NCBI GenBank assembly: GCA_022780965.1
Contig: JALEUQ010000040.1
Span: forward strand, 15,929 to 79,928
From: Clostridiales bacterium
GTDB taxonomy: Bacteria; Bacillota; Clostridia; Peptostreptococcales; Anaerovoracaceae
DNA length: 64,000 nt
Direction: 5' to 3'
Within the stretch, counting starts at the first letter, position 1; every line of letters begins with the position of its first letter. Under the pieces are notes generated by a model. It did no database searches. It worked only from the letters and a program-made list of their open reading frames with translations, and was not told the origin of the DNA. The translations under genes were made by a program, and so were the position numbers. Of this stretch, positions 35,862 to 45,460 are shown piece after piece.

Positions 35862-38800
35862 TCAGTGTATTGATATGAAGTTCAGCGGATTCTTAGGATC
35901 GCCGTGATATCTTACTTCGAAGTGGCAGTGAGGACCTGTACTGTTACCTGTACTTCCTACCAGTGCCACAACCTGTCCCTCGTATACCTTATCTCCCGGT
36001 TTAACGAGAATTTTGCTGTTGTGAGCGTATTTAGTGAGATATCCGTTCTGATGGTCGATTTCGACCAGGTTTCCGTAGGATGGCTTGTAGCTTGCTGTTA
36101 CTACTGTTCCGCCGTCTGCCGCATGTACCTTGGTTCCTGTAGGACAGGCCATATCGATACCTTTATGGAATCTTCCCCATCTCATCTTGAATCCTGAACT
36201 CAGTCGATAGCTGTCATGAATAGGACTCGAGAATTTGCCGTCGCCTACTGTCGGCGGTCTTTCCTTGGTTCCAATTGTAATCTTCTTGGTTACAGGCTCC
36301 TTGGTTACGGTACTTTCCAGGGTATCACGCTCTATCTCATTGCCGTTGACAGTTACAATCTCAGCAACAATATCTCTGGAGCCTTTCTCGCCCTTCTGAG
36401 TGACTTCCTTGTCGCCTTCATACATGTTCTTGTCTTTGGTTTCCTCAACCTCGTAATCTATGGCTTCTGTATAGGAGATTTTTTCTTTGATAAGAACTGT
36501 TACCGGAGGTGCCGTTGTATTGATAACTACAGGTGTACCCGCATCAACCTTGCCTTTCTTGAGGTTTGGGTTGTCCTTGAGAATCTTTTTCTCTGTAGTT
36601 CCGTATTCCTTGGCAATGTACTCAACAGTTTCACCGGCAACTGCCGAATGGACGGTTTCTTTGTTCACATCAGAAGTGAGAACATCCACCATCTCTGCTG
36701 TTGTCAGCATGTTTCCAAGCTTCGTTGAGCATTCCTTAACGTCCACCTTCTCAAGGAACACCGCCTGCTGTATTACAGTCTCGTCCGCAGTGGTCACATA
36801 CTTCTCTTTGATTGTCTCAAGAACCTGCTTGGCATCTTCCTTTGTCTGCACGGCGCCTATCTTGCTTCCGTCAACATATATTCCGTAGGATGCCACCTTG
36901 AAATCACTCATGTATGTCAGCCTGTTGAGAACGTTCTCAGTCGTATCAATCTTGATATCGCCGAAGTTCGGCACTCTTTCGAAGGTGATATCCTTCTCTC
37001 CAATGACCACATCAACATTATTGTCTTCGGACATGGCGCCCTTGATAAGATCAGTTACATCCAGAACATCATTCTTGTTCTTTACAAATCCCAAAGGTGT
37101 GCCGTTGTATGAATACTCATATGCCGAGCAGTAACTGATAAGTGTTGCTACGCATACAAGAGTCGTTGCAAGTGCCGAAGATACAGTGATGATTTTTTTC
37201 TTGTGGGTTGCGCAGTACTCTTCGAAGCTTCGCCATTTCCTGCCCAGTGCACTGTTCTCCCAGGTTCTGATGCTGAGCATTCTGTTAAATGAGAACTTGG
37301 CTCTTGCGTCTTCTCTTCTGTACTCTCGCTCCATTCTCAGAGCCATGCGCTCTTCTTCGGTTTTCGCGTTTCGCTCTTCTCTGGTTCTGATTCCCAGAAG
37401 ATCTCGCAGTCTGATGTTTTCACGTTTATTGATTTCAGTTCTGATAGTGATATCGTGAACTGTTACAATTCCTCCGCCTCTTGCAGCATCCTTCTTTCGG
37501 ATTTTCCAAAGACGTGTCAGTTCGTCTTCTTCCTGCTTTCTGGCGTTTCTGTAGCGTTCTATTTCCTGATGAATTCTCAGTTCGTTTTCGGCTTCTCGAA
37601 GCTTATCCTCACGTCTCTGTCTTCGTTTGGCCTGACGCTTCTCATCACGTTCGCGCCACAGCTTCCTTGCCTTGTCTTTGCGCTCTTCACGAATTCTCAG
37701 TTCTTCTGCCCTTTTGGCAGCTTCTTCACGTTCAATGCGTTCTTTGCGTTCACGCTTCTCAGCCTTGATTCTGGCTTCTTCTGCCGCTTTGAGAGCTCTT
37801 CGCTTAGCCGCTTCTGCGTTCTGTTCTGCCTTTCTCTGGGCCTTTTGAGCTGCCTTCTCCGCTTTGATGCGAGCATTCTGTGCCGCCTGCTCTGCCTTCA
37901 GACTTGCTGCCAGTGCTGCCTGTTCTGCCTTCAGCTCAGCCTTTTTTCGCTTCTCCTGCTCCTTCAGCTGCGCTTCCATCGCTTCGTGTCTGGCCTTATT
38001 CTGCTGGCTTTCTCGCTTTCTTTTTGCTCTCGACTCTTCCAGCTCGTTCCTAAGTGCTGCTTTCTGTCGCTCCCTCTCAAGTCTTGCATCTTCCTGAGCC
38101 TTGGTCAGCTCCTTAACGCTGCTTTCATGGCGTTCACTCAGGATGCTGGTAGCTGTATCAGTGATATCAGAAACCCTTTCAAGTACCTGGCCCTGCCTTG
38201 ACTGTACAGTCTTAAGCACATCCTGAAGCTCTTCCAGATCCTTATGTGACATGGTTTCTCTTCTTGCTGTCTTATCGGCTGCACTGTCTGCATGATGCTT
38301 TGCTGAAGGCTCGTGTCTGCTGACATTTTTTGAAGCTCTCTCTGCTTCAACTCTTGTTTCTGCCTGTGCTGCAATTATCTCTTCTGCTGAGCCTGCCTGT
38401 GTTGCACGGCTCATCTCCGCAGTCTTTGCAGCTTCAAGGGCTCTCTGCTTCATAAGCTCAGCCTCACGCTGCTTCGCGGCTGCTTTGCGGCTGGCTTCTT
38501 CCATCTGCTTGATTCTCTGCGCCTGCTTCCTGGCCATCTCCAGTTTCCTGCGCTGAGAAAACTCTGATTCTTCTCTTGTCTTCTTTATGACGGCCTTCTC
38601 AGCTTCTGTTAATGATTCACGTCGTGATCCGCCCGGCTTAGAGGATCCTGTTTCTGAAGTTGCGCTCTTCCTGCTGTCAGAGATTGCCTGCTGCATTTCT
38701 TCTGCAGACAGTTCTACTGTGTGACCTTTGATAGCATCAACACTGCTCCTCAGATTACGCAGCTTCACGTACATCTCTCTAGCCTTGGGGTCTGATGCCA

Positions 38801-38921
38801 GAAGCTCTTCCCTTGTCATGGTATGCGTGTCTGCGCCTGTGTTTTCAGTTTTTATCTGGCCTGCTTTGACTTCATCAGCAGGTCTATTTTCTCTCGTGTC
38901 ACTTCGCTTTGACATTGACAT
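35862..38921 (-). CDS. Large M23-family peptidoglycan endopeptidase (charged coiled-coil N-domain, TM, LysM-like, G5-like, M23)
   Basis: C-terminus has HKGIDMA...GNLVEIDH...GPHCHFEV (M23). A G5-like segment (KEVTQKGEKGSRDIVAEIVTVNGNE) and a LysM-like segment (HSAVAGETVEYIAKEYGTTEKKILKDNP) precede it. TM lies at about aa 575-600. Start at 38921 or 38915 with an AGGAG RBS. Confidence 0.88.
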   Translation of the reverse strand: MSMSKRSDTRENRPADEVKAGQIKTENTGADTHTMTREELLASDPKAREMYVKLRNLRSSVDAIKGHTVELSAEEMQQAISDSRKSATSETGSSKPGGSRRESLTEAEKAVIKKTREESEFSQRRKLEMARKQAQRIKQMEEASRKAAAKQREAELMKQRALEAAKTAEMSRATQAGSAEEIIAAQAETRVEAERASKNVSRHEPSAKHHADSAADKTARRETMSHKDLEELQDVLKTVQSRQGQVLERVSDITDTATSILSERHESSVKELTKAQEDARLERERQKAALRNELEESRAKRKRESQQNKARHEAMEAQLKEQEKRKKAELKAEQAALAASLKAEQAAQNARIKAEKAAQKAQRKAEQNAEAAKRRALKAAEEARIKAEKRERKERIEREEAAKRAEELRIREERKDKARKLWRERDEKRQAKRRQRREDKLREAENELRIHQEIERYRNARKQEEDELTRLWKIRKKDAARGGGIVTVHDITIRTEINKRENIRLRDLLGIRTREERNAKTEEERMALRMEREYRREDARAKFSFNRMLSIRTWENSALGRKWRSFEEYCATHKKKIITVSSALATTLVCVATLISYCSAYEYSYNGTPLGFVKNKNDVLDVTDLIKGAMSEDNNVDVVIGEKDITFERVPNFGDIKIDTTENVLNRLTYMSDFKVASYGIYVDGSKIGAVQTKEDAKQVLETIKEKYVTTADETVIQQAVFLEKVDVKECSTKLGNMLTTAEMVDVLTSDVNKETVHSAVAGETVEYIAKEYGTTEKKILKDNPNLKKGKVDAGTPVVINTTAPPVTVLIKEKISYTEAIDYEVEETKDKNMYEGDKEVTQKGEKGSRDIVAEIVTVNGNEIERDTLESTVTKEPVTKKITIGTKERPPTVGDGKFSSPIHDSYRLSSGFKMRWGRFHKGIDMACPTGTKVHAADGGTVVTASYKPSYGNLVEIDHQNGYLTKYAHNSKILVKPGDKVYEGQVVALVGSTGNSTGPHCHFEVRYHGDPKNPLNFISIH

Positions 38922-40123
38922 CTTTCTCCTGTTTCCAGCACTCCCGTATCCCTGCATCTATCGCATGAATACTTGATTTCCATATAATCCACCTCAAATC
39001 CGTTGTCGGTGAGCAGGAATGCCTCTTCTGTTCTGATCAGTTCTGCCTGATTCTTTAGCTTAGCTATTGCCTCCTGTTTATCTTCTCTACCGGACAATGT
39101 AAGCTTCATCATATCTGATGCTGACTTTATCAGCTCATCTTCTATTTCTTTGATTCTTGGCACCTTGGCGAAAACTTCTCGTCTGTGTGCCTCTGCAGTC
39201 TTTTCGTTGTTTTCGCGTGTAATCTCATAATACCTTGAAAGGTCGCCGGCGGTTACGTCTGAACGCCTGCCGCCTGCTTCAATGTTCGCCTGCTCTTCGT
39301 GCCAGTTAGCAAGCACCTTATTGACATAATTAATGTTTGGACTTGAAATGCCCGCAGTCCTTTTGCAGGCTTCAAGAACTCTGTCTATATTAAATTCCAT
39401 TTCGTCAAACCATGTATCCATGATTCGACGTTCTTCCTCTGTAGCGTTCCTGGTGAATCCAAGGGCTTTGAACACTCTGCTGTACATGTACTGTCTCTTG
39501 TCGGACTTGCTGAGTTTTTCTTCGATTGACTCAACGTCTGTCAACCCTTCCTCGCTCCAGTTTCTTACAACAGCTTCAATGTATTTAATGTTCTTCTTCT
39601 TTTTATTCAGACTGTATTTGAATGCGTAGATTATCACCTCAGGTGTCACTCTGTAGTCATTAATCCAGCTTATTATCTCAGTTACTTCCGTGCCGTTCAT
39701 CACGTTTCCGGTCATCTGCTCGATTGTATTGAGCATATCCTGAATTTCAAGATCTGCCATGGATGACTGAACACTCTGATCAATTCCTGCAGGTGCTGCC
39801 CCGGTTCCATAAAGGCCGTCTTTGAGACTGATGAATTCAACATCATACTCAAGCATGCCCTTATCACCTTTCTGAACCTTCCTTACTATGCCCTTCTTTT
39901 CCCAGTAGTTCCATGCCTTGAGTACGTCTTCCACTTCTATTGCAAGAGTTTTGGCAATGTCCTCATTGCTGATTGCCATTCCCGCATCGCAGTACATCAG
40001 TGCTATGAGATATATCTTCACATAGTCGCCCGGAGCTGTTGCCATATATTCATTTATAAAAATGTTTTCAACACTCGTTTCCGTCAGGAAAAGATCGCTG
40101 ATTTTCTCACGCCTGAATGCCAT
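38852..40123 (-). CDS. DnaD-domain replication protein with C-terminal DnaI/DnaC-N-terminal-like zinc-ribbon module (no AAA+ domain)
   Basis: 423 aa. Two DnaD/DnaB_2-like repeats (..YIEAVVRNW.., ..YVNKVLANW..). C-terminus has PRIKEIEDEL...YSCDRCRDTGVLETGERCQC. The 3' end overlaps the M23 gene by 70 nt. Confidence 0.82.
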   Translation of the reverse strand: MAFRREKISDLFLTETSVENIFINEYMATAPGDYVKIYLIALMYCDAGMAISNEDIAKTLAIEVEDVLKAWNYWEKKGIVRKVQKGDKGMLEYDVEFISLKDGLYGTGAAPAGIDQSVQSSMADLEIQDMLNTIEQMTGNVMNGTEVTEIISWINDYRVTPEVIIYAFKYSLNKKKKNIKYIEAVVRNWSEEGLTDVESIEEKLSKSDKRQYMYSRVFKALGFTRNATEEERRIMDTWFDEMEFNIDRVLEACKRTAGISSPNINYVNKVLANWHEEQANIEAGGRRSDVTAGDLSRYYEITRENNEKTAEAHRREVFAKVPRIKEIEDELIKSASDMMKLTLSGREDKQEAIAKLKNQAELIRTEEAFLLTDNGFEVDYMEIKYSCDRCRDTGVLETGERCQCQSEVTREKIDLLMKSKQAR

Positions 40124-40137
40124 GGCATCCTCCTGAT

Positions 40138-41487
40138 TTAAAATGTCGGCAGTGTGCCCGATGCCTTATCCTTGAACTGGGTGTATCTCTCTATCCATGA
40201 AACGTCAATGGTTCCTGTCGGACCGCTTCTGTGCTTGGCTACGATTACCTCACACTCACCCGGTTTCTCAGTGTTCTCTTTGTTGTAGTACTCATCCCTG
40301 TAAAGGAAAATAACGATGTCTGCATCCTGTTCGATGGAGCCTGATTCTCTCAGGTCGGACAGCATAGGCCTGTGATCTGTTCTCGTTTCAGGCGCACGGC
40401 TCAGCTGCGACAGCACCAGTACAGGACAGTCGAGTTCTCTTGCAAGCAGCTTGAGATTTCGCGACAGAACCGAGATTTCCTGTGTTCTAGAATCTGCCTT
40501 GCCTTCAGGGTTCATCAGCTGAAGGTAGTCAATGACAACAAGATCAAGCCCCTTCTCAGCCTTGAGTCTCCTGCATTTGCTCTTCATCTCCATGATGCTG
40601 ATGCCAGCTGTATCGTCTATATGTATGTTGGTTCCGGACAGAACGTCCATGGCAATGTTAATGTCTTCCCAGTCTCTTCTGTCCAGATTACCCTTCTTGA
40701 GTTTCTGAAGTTCTACCTTGGATTCCATGCTAAGCAGTCTCTGGCTCAGCTGTTCCTTGGCCATTTCCATGCTGAATATCATTACTGACGCATTGCCCTT
40801 GACTGCCGCATTTCGCGCCAGACTCAAAGCGAATGCCGTCTTGCCCATGGCAGGTCTTGCCGCCAGGATAATCAGATCGGACTTCTGAAGTCCTGATGTC
40901 TTGGCATCAAGATCCGCAAATCCTGTAGTTATTCCTGTAAGCCCGTCTTCCATCTGCGATGCCTTATCTATGGCATCAAGGTTGGAGAGGAGTGCTTCCT
41001 GAATATGTGTATATTTGCCCTTCTGTCTGGACTGTGATATTTCGAAAATTTCCCTCTCTGCGAAGTCTATCATCTGACTTGCAGCCATGCCGCCGTCATA
41101 ACCTTTGTCTACAATGCCGTCTGCAGCTGCGATAAGTCTTCTGATTGCAGCCTTCTCAGACACTATTCTGGCATATTCCGGCGCATTGGAAGTAGTCGGT
41201 GTGCTTGATGACAAAGATGCTACGTAAGCTCTTCCACCGACCATGTTCAGACTGCCTCTTTTTTTCAGTTCTTCGGACACTGTCAGAACATCAACAGGCA
41301 GACTTTTGCGATTAAGGTCAAGTATTGCTTCGAAGATTTCTTTGTGATTTTTGTCATAGAAATCATCGGGTCTTACTGTTTCTGCCACGTCGCCGAGGGC
41401 TTCTTCCGAAAGCATTGCTGCTCCCAGCACTGATTTCTCTGCTTCAAGACTGTGTGGAGGGATTCTTCCCTCGTTCATCTGTTCCAT
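40138..41487 (-). CDS. dnaB: Replicative DNA helicase
   Basis: 449 aa. PHSLEAEKSVLGA N-terminus, Walker A ARPAMGKT, RecA-like C-domain. Confidence 0.96.
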   Translation of the reverse strand: MEQMNEGRIPPHSLEAEKSVLGAAMLSEEALGDVAETVRPDDFYDKNHKEIFEAILDLNRKSLPVDVLTVSEELKKRGSLNMVGGRAYVASLSSSTPTTSNAPEYARIVSEKAAIRRLIAAADGIVDKGYDGGMAASQMIDFAEREIFEISQSRQKGKYTHIQEALLSNLDAIDKASQMEDGLTGITTGFADLDAKTSGLQKSDLIILAARPAMGKTAFALSLARNAAVKGNASVMIFSMEMAKEQLSQRLLSMESKVELQKLKKGNLDRRDWEDINIAMDVLSGTNIHIDDTAGISIMEMKSKCRRLKAEKGLDLVVIDYLQLMNPEGKADSRTQEISVLSRNLKLLARELDCPVLVLSQLSRAPETRTDHRPMLSDLRESGSIEQDADIVIFLYRDEYYNKENTEKPGECEVIVAKHRSGPTGTIDVSWIERYTQFKDKASGTLPTF

Positions 41488-41521
41488 GTTTATCCTTTCT
41501 TATGTCTAAGGATTGTTCAGG

Positions 41522-41965
41522 TTAAATTGTTACGTGTACCTTTAATTCTGCCGATACGTTTGTGAACAGCTTGATTGTTACTGTGCTCTCACCTGCAGCT
41601 TTGATAGGTGATGGCATTTCAATCTTCTTTTTGTCGATTCGGATGCCTTCCTGAGCTTCGAGAACATCTGCGATATCCTTTGATGTAATTGATCCGAAAA
41701 GTTTACCGCTGTCGCCGCCCTTTGACTTGATTTCAAGTGTGATCTCTTCAAGCTTCGCTTTGTCTTCTCTGGCTTTGGCTTCTTCTGCCGCTCTCTTTTC
41801 AGCTGCAATTGCCTTCTGCTTTTCAAGATTTCTAATATTGCCTTCTGTTGCTTCCTGAGCCAGTCCTCTTGGCAGAAGCATGTTTCTGGCATAACCGTCA
41901 TTTACCTTAACTACATCACCGGCTTTACCTTTGCCTTTAACGTCTTTCAAAAGAATTACTATCAT
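41522..41965 (-). CDS. rplI: 50S ribosomal protein L9
   Basis: 147 aa. [30 protein letters not shown]. Confidence 0.96.
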   Translation of the reverse strand: MIVILLKDVKGKGKAGDVVKVNDGYARNMLLPRGLAQEATEGNIRNLEKQKAIAAEKRAAEEAKAREDKAKLEEITLEIKSKGGDSGKLFGSITSKDIADVLEAQEGIRIDKKKIEMPSPIKAAGESTVTIKLFTNVSAELKVHVTI

Positions 41966-42025
41966 CTATTCTAACCTCCTATTGTGAATGTTTTACGAAA
42001 AAATCAATTTATGTTCAACATCCTG

Positions 42026-43798
42026 CTACGAATTAAGTGTATCAAGATATTCTCTGATATCCGCAAGTATTCGTTCCGGTTCCTCATTGACCTGTGTGCC
42101 TGCGACACTCAGATGTCCGCCGCCGCCGAACTTCTCCATCACCACCTGCACGTTCACTTCTCCAAGTGATCTTGCGCTTACCGAAGTCCTGCCGTCTTCA
42201 TCTGAACCTGCTATGAAACTGGCCTTGACACCTTTTACTGTCAGCAGCTCATCTGCCACCTGCGAGTTGAGAACCTGCACATTCATGTTGCTTCCCGGAA
42301 GTACTGACATTACCACACCGTCATCATAGAATTTGGCATTGGCTACGCACATGGCTTTAACGCGCATCGCTTCACTGTCTCCCTGGAAATATTTGCGCAC
42401 ATTGTCCAGATTGGCCCCGCATCTTTTGAGCCACGATGCCGCTTCAAAAGTACGCACGCCTGCTTTGACCGCGAATCTGTTTGTATCCACCATGATACCG
42501 GCCATAAGTCCGTTGGCTTCCATGGTTGTCAGCGCCTTGCGGCCGCATGCATACTGCACCATCTCGGTAACCAGCTCTGAGGCTGATGATGCGTACGACT
42601 CCATGTATGAAAGTTCCAGATTGCTTATAATGTCCTCGGCCATTCGGTGGTGGTCGATAAGCACTTTTCGCGGTGCCTTGGTGACAAGTTCCATGCTCTC
42701 AATCAGCATTGGCCTGTGTGTATCTACAATCACCAGAAGGGATGTTTCCTCCATCAGATTAAACGCCCTCTCCGGAGAAATGATGTTAAACTCTGCACAT
42801 TCCTTGGCATCTTCTGCCATGGCTGCAAGTGCGTCGTTGTATTCTCCGAGAATTATGTATGTTTCCTTATTGAGGCTTCGCGCGATGCAGTTTATTCCCA
42901 TCGATGCCCCGAAGGAGTCCATGTCAGGGTTCTTGTGTCCCATGATGAATACACGGTTAGACTGATTTATCAGTGCCTTGAGTGCATGTGCAATAACTCG
43001 GGATTTACCCTTGTTTCCCTTCTCGACGCTCTGCGACTTGCCTCCGAAATATTCGAACTGGTTAATGTTCTTGATAACCGCCTGGTCGCCGCCTCGGCCC
43101 AGTGCCATATCAATGGCAGCCTCGGCATAGTCCTCGCACTCTGCTATTGTTTTGCCGTAAACGCCGATGCCTATGCTTAGCGTAACCGGGAAATCAGCAC
43201 TTGTTTCTATTTCCTTTACCTTGTCCAGTATCTCAAACTTATTGGCCCTCAATTTCTCAAGATGCTTATAACTGAACACTATTTCGTATCTGTGGTCTCT
43301 GTATCTTGCCAGCGCCGCTTCAATTGAAGCCGCCCACTGCCTTACGATTCTATCGATTTCGGCTGATACATTCAGTTCGTCATCTTCTCCTGCACTCTTG
43401 GTCAGCTCGTCGTAGTTGTCGATGTTGACGAACCCTACACACACTATGCTGTCGTTGTACAGTTCCTTCAGCTGTTCATACTGAGTAATGTTTATGAAAT
43501 ACAGCAGGAGTGAAGTGTTCTCCGCTTCAAGACTGCCGTTGCCCAGAGTGTAGCATCTGACTCTGAAATACTGCTCGCCATTGTTGTAGTAGAGGCTCTT
43601 CTCTTCTCTGGCTGCTTCGATGATGTCGCAGAGTCTCAGTCTTGTCAGCGCGAAAATATCCGCGCCTTCGATGCCCGTGTACTTGAATACATCACTGATT
43701 TTCTCACTCGCCCTTGTTACCTTGCCCTGCATGTTAACTGTACACATGGCCATAGGTGTGTAAAGTGCGAGCAGTTTCTCTAGTCGTCCAACATACAT
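42026..43798 (-). CDS. gdpP: GdpP-like DHH/DHHA1 phosphodiesterase (PAS + degenerate GGDEF + DHH), without N-terminal TM helices
   Basis: 590 aa. Degenerate GGDEF (LGRGGDQAV), DHH motif (GHKNPDMDSFG), DHHA1 GGGH. Conserved yybS-gdpP-rplI-dnaB synteny. Confidence 0.88.
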   Translation of the reverse strand: MYVGRLEKLLALYTPMAMCTVNMQGKVTRASEKISDVFKYTGIEGADIFALTRLRLCDIIEAAREEKSLYYNNGEQYFRVRCYTLGNGSLEAENTSLLLYFINITQYEQLKELYNDSIVCVGFVNIDNYDELTKSAGEDDELNVSAEIDRIVRQWAASIEAALARYRDHRYEIVFSYKHLEKLRANKFEILDKVKEIETSADFPVTLSIGIGVYGKTIAECEDYAEAAIDMALGRGGDQAVIKNINQFEYFGGKSQSVEKGNKGKSRVIAHALKALINQSNRVFIMGHKNPDMDSFGASMGINCIARSLNKETYIILGEYNDALAAMAEDAKECAEFNIISPERAFNLMEETSLLVIVDTHRPMLIESMELVTKAPRKVLIDHHRMAEDIISNLELSYMESYASSASELVTEMVQYACGRKALTTMEANGLMAGIMVDTNRFAVKAGVRTFEAASWLKRCGANLDNVRKYFQGDSEAMRVKAMCVANAKFYDDGVVMSVLPGSNMNVQVLNSQVADELLTVKGVKASFIAGSDEDGRTSVSARSLGEVNVQVVMEKFGGGGHLSVAGTQVNEEPERILADIREYLDTLNS

Positions 43799-43809
43799 AA
43801 AATCACCCG

Positions 43810-44601
43810 TTACCTTCTGCCGTTGTTACGGTCCTGCTTCCTTTGCTCCTTAAGCTGCTGCTTGAAAACGATGAATCCTTTGAGTCCGAAAATCAGATCC
43901 ATAATCCCGATGATTACTACAAGTTCTCTTAGAAGATATGCATTCCAGAGAAAAATTACCAGGATTACCGGCACTGCCTTAGGCACTCTCTTAAGATCGA
44001 AATACATGAATATTACCGATGCGCCCTGAATGCAGAATACCATGTCAAAGAGATAATTTATGTTAAGGAAAATGCTTTCGCCGCCTTCCATTCCTCCCTT
44101 GCTTATGAACCAGGCCAGGAAATACATTATTACCATTGCCATTACAGTGCTCGAAGGGAATGAAAACTCCTTGAACTTAGGCATCAGCTGGACCGGCTGT
44201 CTCTTGGCCTGACTTCTGCTGAGAATAATGTAATCGAAATAACATACAATTGTCGTCAGCAGAAGCAGATATCCCGGCATCTTCATTGCTATTTTGTCAT
44301 AGAATTCAATCAATGACTTCTTTGCCTCTGCGTCAGCTACATCTGTAAGGCCCACCATGTCTCTCAGTCCTGAATCGTTGAGTATGGCTTCGCTGATTCT
44401 AACCACAGAGTCATGGTACATTTCAAACAAAGGGTTGCCGGTGAATTTCGCCATGGCCATAACTGCCATGAGTGCAACCATTGTTGTCAGAACTGCTCTA
44501 ACAACAGCAAAATACGGAGATACCGAATTGCTTCTGATATCTCTTGGCATTGTTACGAATGGAATTACTATTATCAGTAGAAATAGTGACAATGAAAACA
44601 T
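43810..44601 (-). CDS. yybS: YybS-like polytopic membrane protein
   Basis: 263 aa multi-TM protein. The call rests on the conserved position upstream of gdpP. GGAAGGAGAA RBS. Confidence 0.7.
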   Translation of the reverse strand: MFSLSLFLLIIVIPFVTMPRDIRSNSVSPYFAVVRAVLTTMVALMAVMAMAKFTGNPLFEMYHDSVVRISEAILNDSGLRDMVGLTDVADAEAKKSLIEFYDKIAMKMPGYLLLLTTIVCYFDYIILSRSQAKRQPVQLMPKFKEFSFPSSTVMAMVIMYFLAWFISKGGMEGGESIFLNINYLFDMVFCIQGASVIFMYFDLKRVPKAVPVILVIFLWNAYLLRELVVIIGIMDLIFGLKGFIVFKQQLKEQRKQDRNNGRR

Positions 44602-44694
44602 TCTATGTTCTCCTTCCGCTAATATAGCAACTTATATTATAGCATATCCTGCCCCACATTCAAACCGGGACAGAAACCTTATTGACCCTTATCA

Positions 44695-44734
44695 ATAAAA
44701 AAGCCCTTAAAACCTGATTTCAAGCTCTAAGGAC
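44695..44734 (-). terminator. Putative rho-independent terminator after rpsR
   Basis: The - strand has stem GTCCTTA / TAAGGGC (one G-U pair) followed by TTTTTTATTG. Confidence 0.5.
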
Positions 44735-44759
44735 TTTTGTGCCGCAAATCTAATAGCTA

Positions 44760-44993
44760 TTAGTCAGCAATGTAAGGAAGCAGTGCTACGATTCTTGCTC
44801 TCTTGATTGCTGTTGTAACTGCTCTCTGGTGAATAGCGCAAGTTCCTGTAATTCTCTTAGGAAGAATCTTGCCTCTTTCAGTTACGTACTTCTTAAGCTT
44901 CTCAACGTCTTTGTAATCGATTACTTCTGCCTTGTCAGCACAGAACTGGCATACTTTCTTTCTTCTCATGCCACCACGTCTCTTGTTGTCCAT
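44760..44993 (-). CDS. rpsR: 30S ribosomal protein S18
   Basis: Starts at MDNKRRGG...KVCQFC. ATG at 44993 has an AAGGAGA RBS. Confidence 0.96.
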   Translation of the reverse strand: MDNKRRGGMRRKKVCQFCADKAEVIDYKDVEKLKKYVTERGKILPKRITGTCAIHQRAVTTAIKRARIVALLPYIAD

Positions 44994-45010
44994 GATCTGT
45001 TCTCCTTTCA

Positions 45011-45445
45011 TTAGAATGGGATATCATCATCAACGGACTGGAATCCTTCTATTCCTGCAGGCTCAGCATAACTCTGCTGCGGCTCTGCCTGCTGCGGTCT
45101 CTGATAGCTGCCGCCTGCGGATCTTGAAGCTCCATCTCCGCCGCCTAAAAATTCTACCCTTGATGCAACTACGTCGGTCGTATAAACAGTGCGACCGTCC
45201 TTCTCATAGCTGCCGGTCTGAATTCTGCCGGTAATACCTACCTGTCTGCCTTTGCTCAGGAATCTCTCGCAGTTCTCTGCCTGTCTTCCGAAGACTACGA
45301 TGTTAATGAAGCTTGTACGTTCATTCTCACCATAACCGTCGTTAACGGCAATCGAGAATCTGGCAACTGCAGTCTGGTTCTGTCCGGTTGTATATCTTAC
45401 TTCCGGATCTCTGGTTAATCTGCCTATAAGCTGAACACTGTTCAT
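45011..45445 (-). CDS. ssb: Single-stranded DNA-binding protein
   Basis: 144 aa with an OB fold ([18 protein letters not shown]) and acidic tail DDDIPF. Confidence 0.96.
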   Translation of the reverse strand: MNSVQLIGRLTRDPEVRYTTGQNQTAVARFSIAVNDGYGENERTSFINIVVFGRQAENCERFLSKGRQVGITGRIQTGSYEKDGRTVYTTDVVASRVEFLGGGDGASRSAGGSYQRPQQAEPQQSYAEPAGIEGFQSVDDDIPF

Positions 45446-45460
45446 ACTGCACCCCGTTTC

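Noticed and set aside
37455-38201. A 248-aa + strand ORF and its neighbours (36216-36728, 36487-36888, 37864-38097) opposite the M23 gene.
   Set aside because: They are mirror images of the Lys/Glu/Ala-rich coiled-coil codons, giving Leu/Phe/Ser/Cys low complexity. There are no translation signals, so they are not credible genes.
41578-41901. A 107-aa - strand ORF overlapping rplI in another frame.
   Set aside because: It is a Lys/Arg/Gln-rich alternative frame of a highly conserved ribosomal protein gene and has no independent signals.
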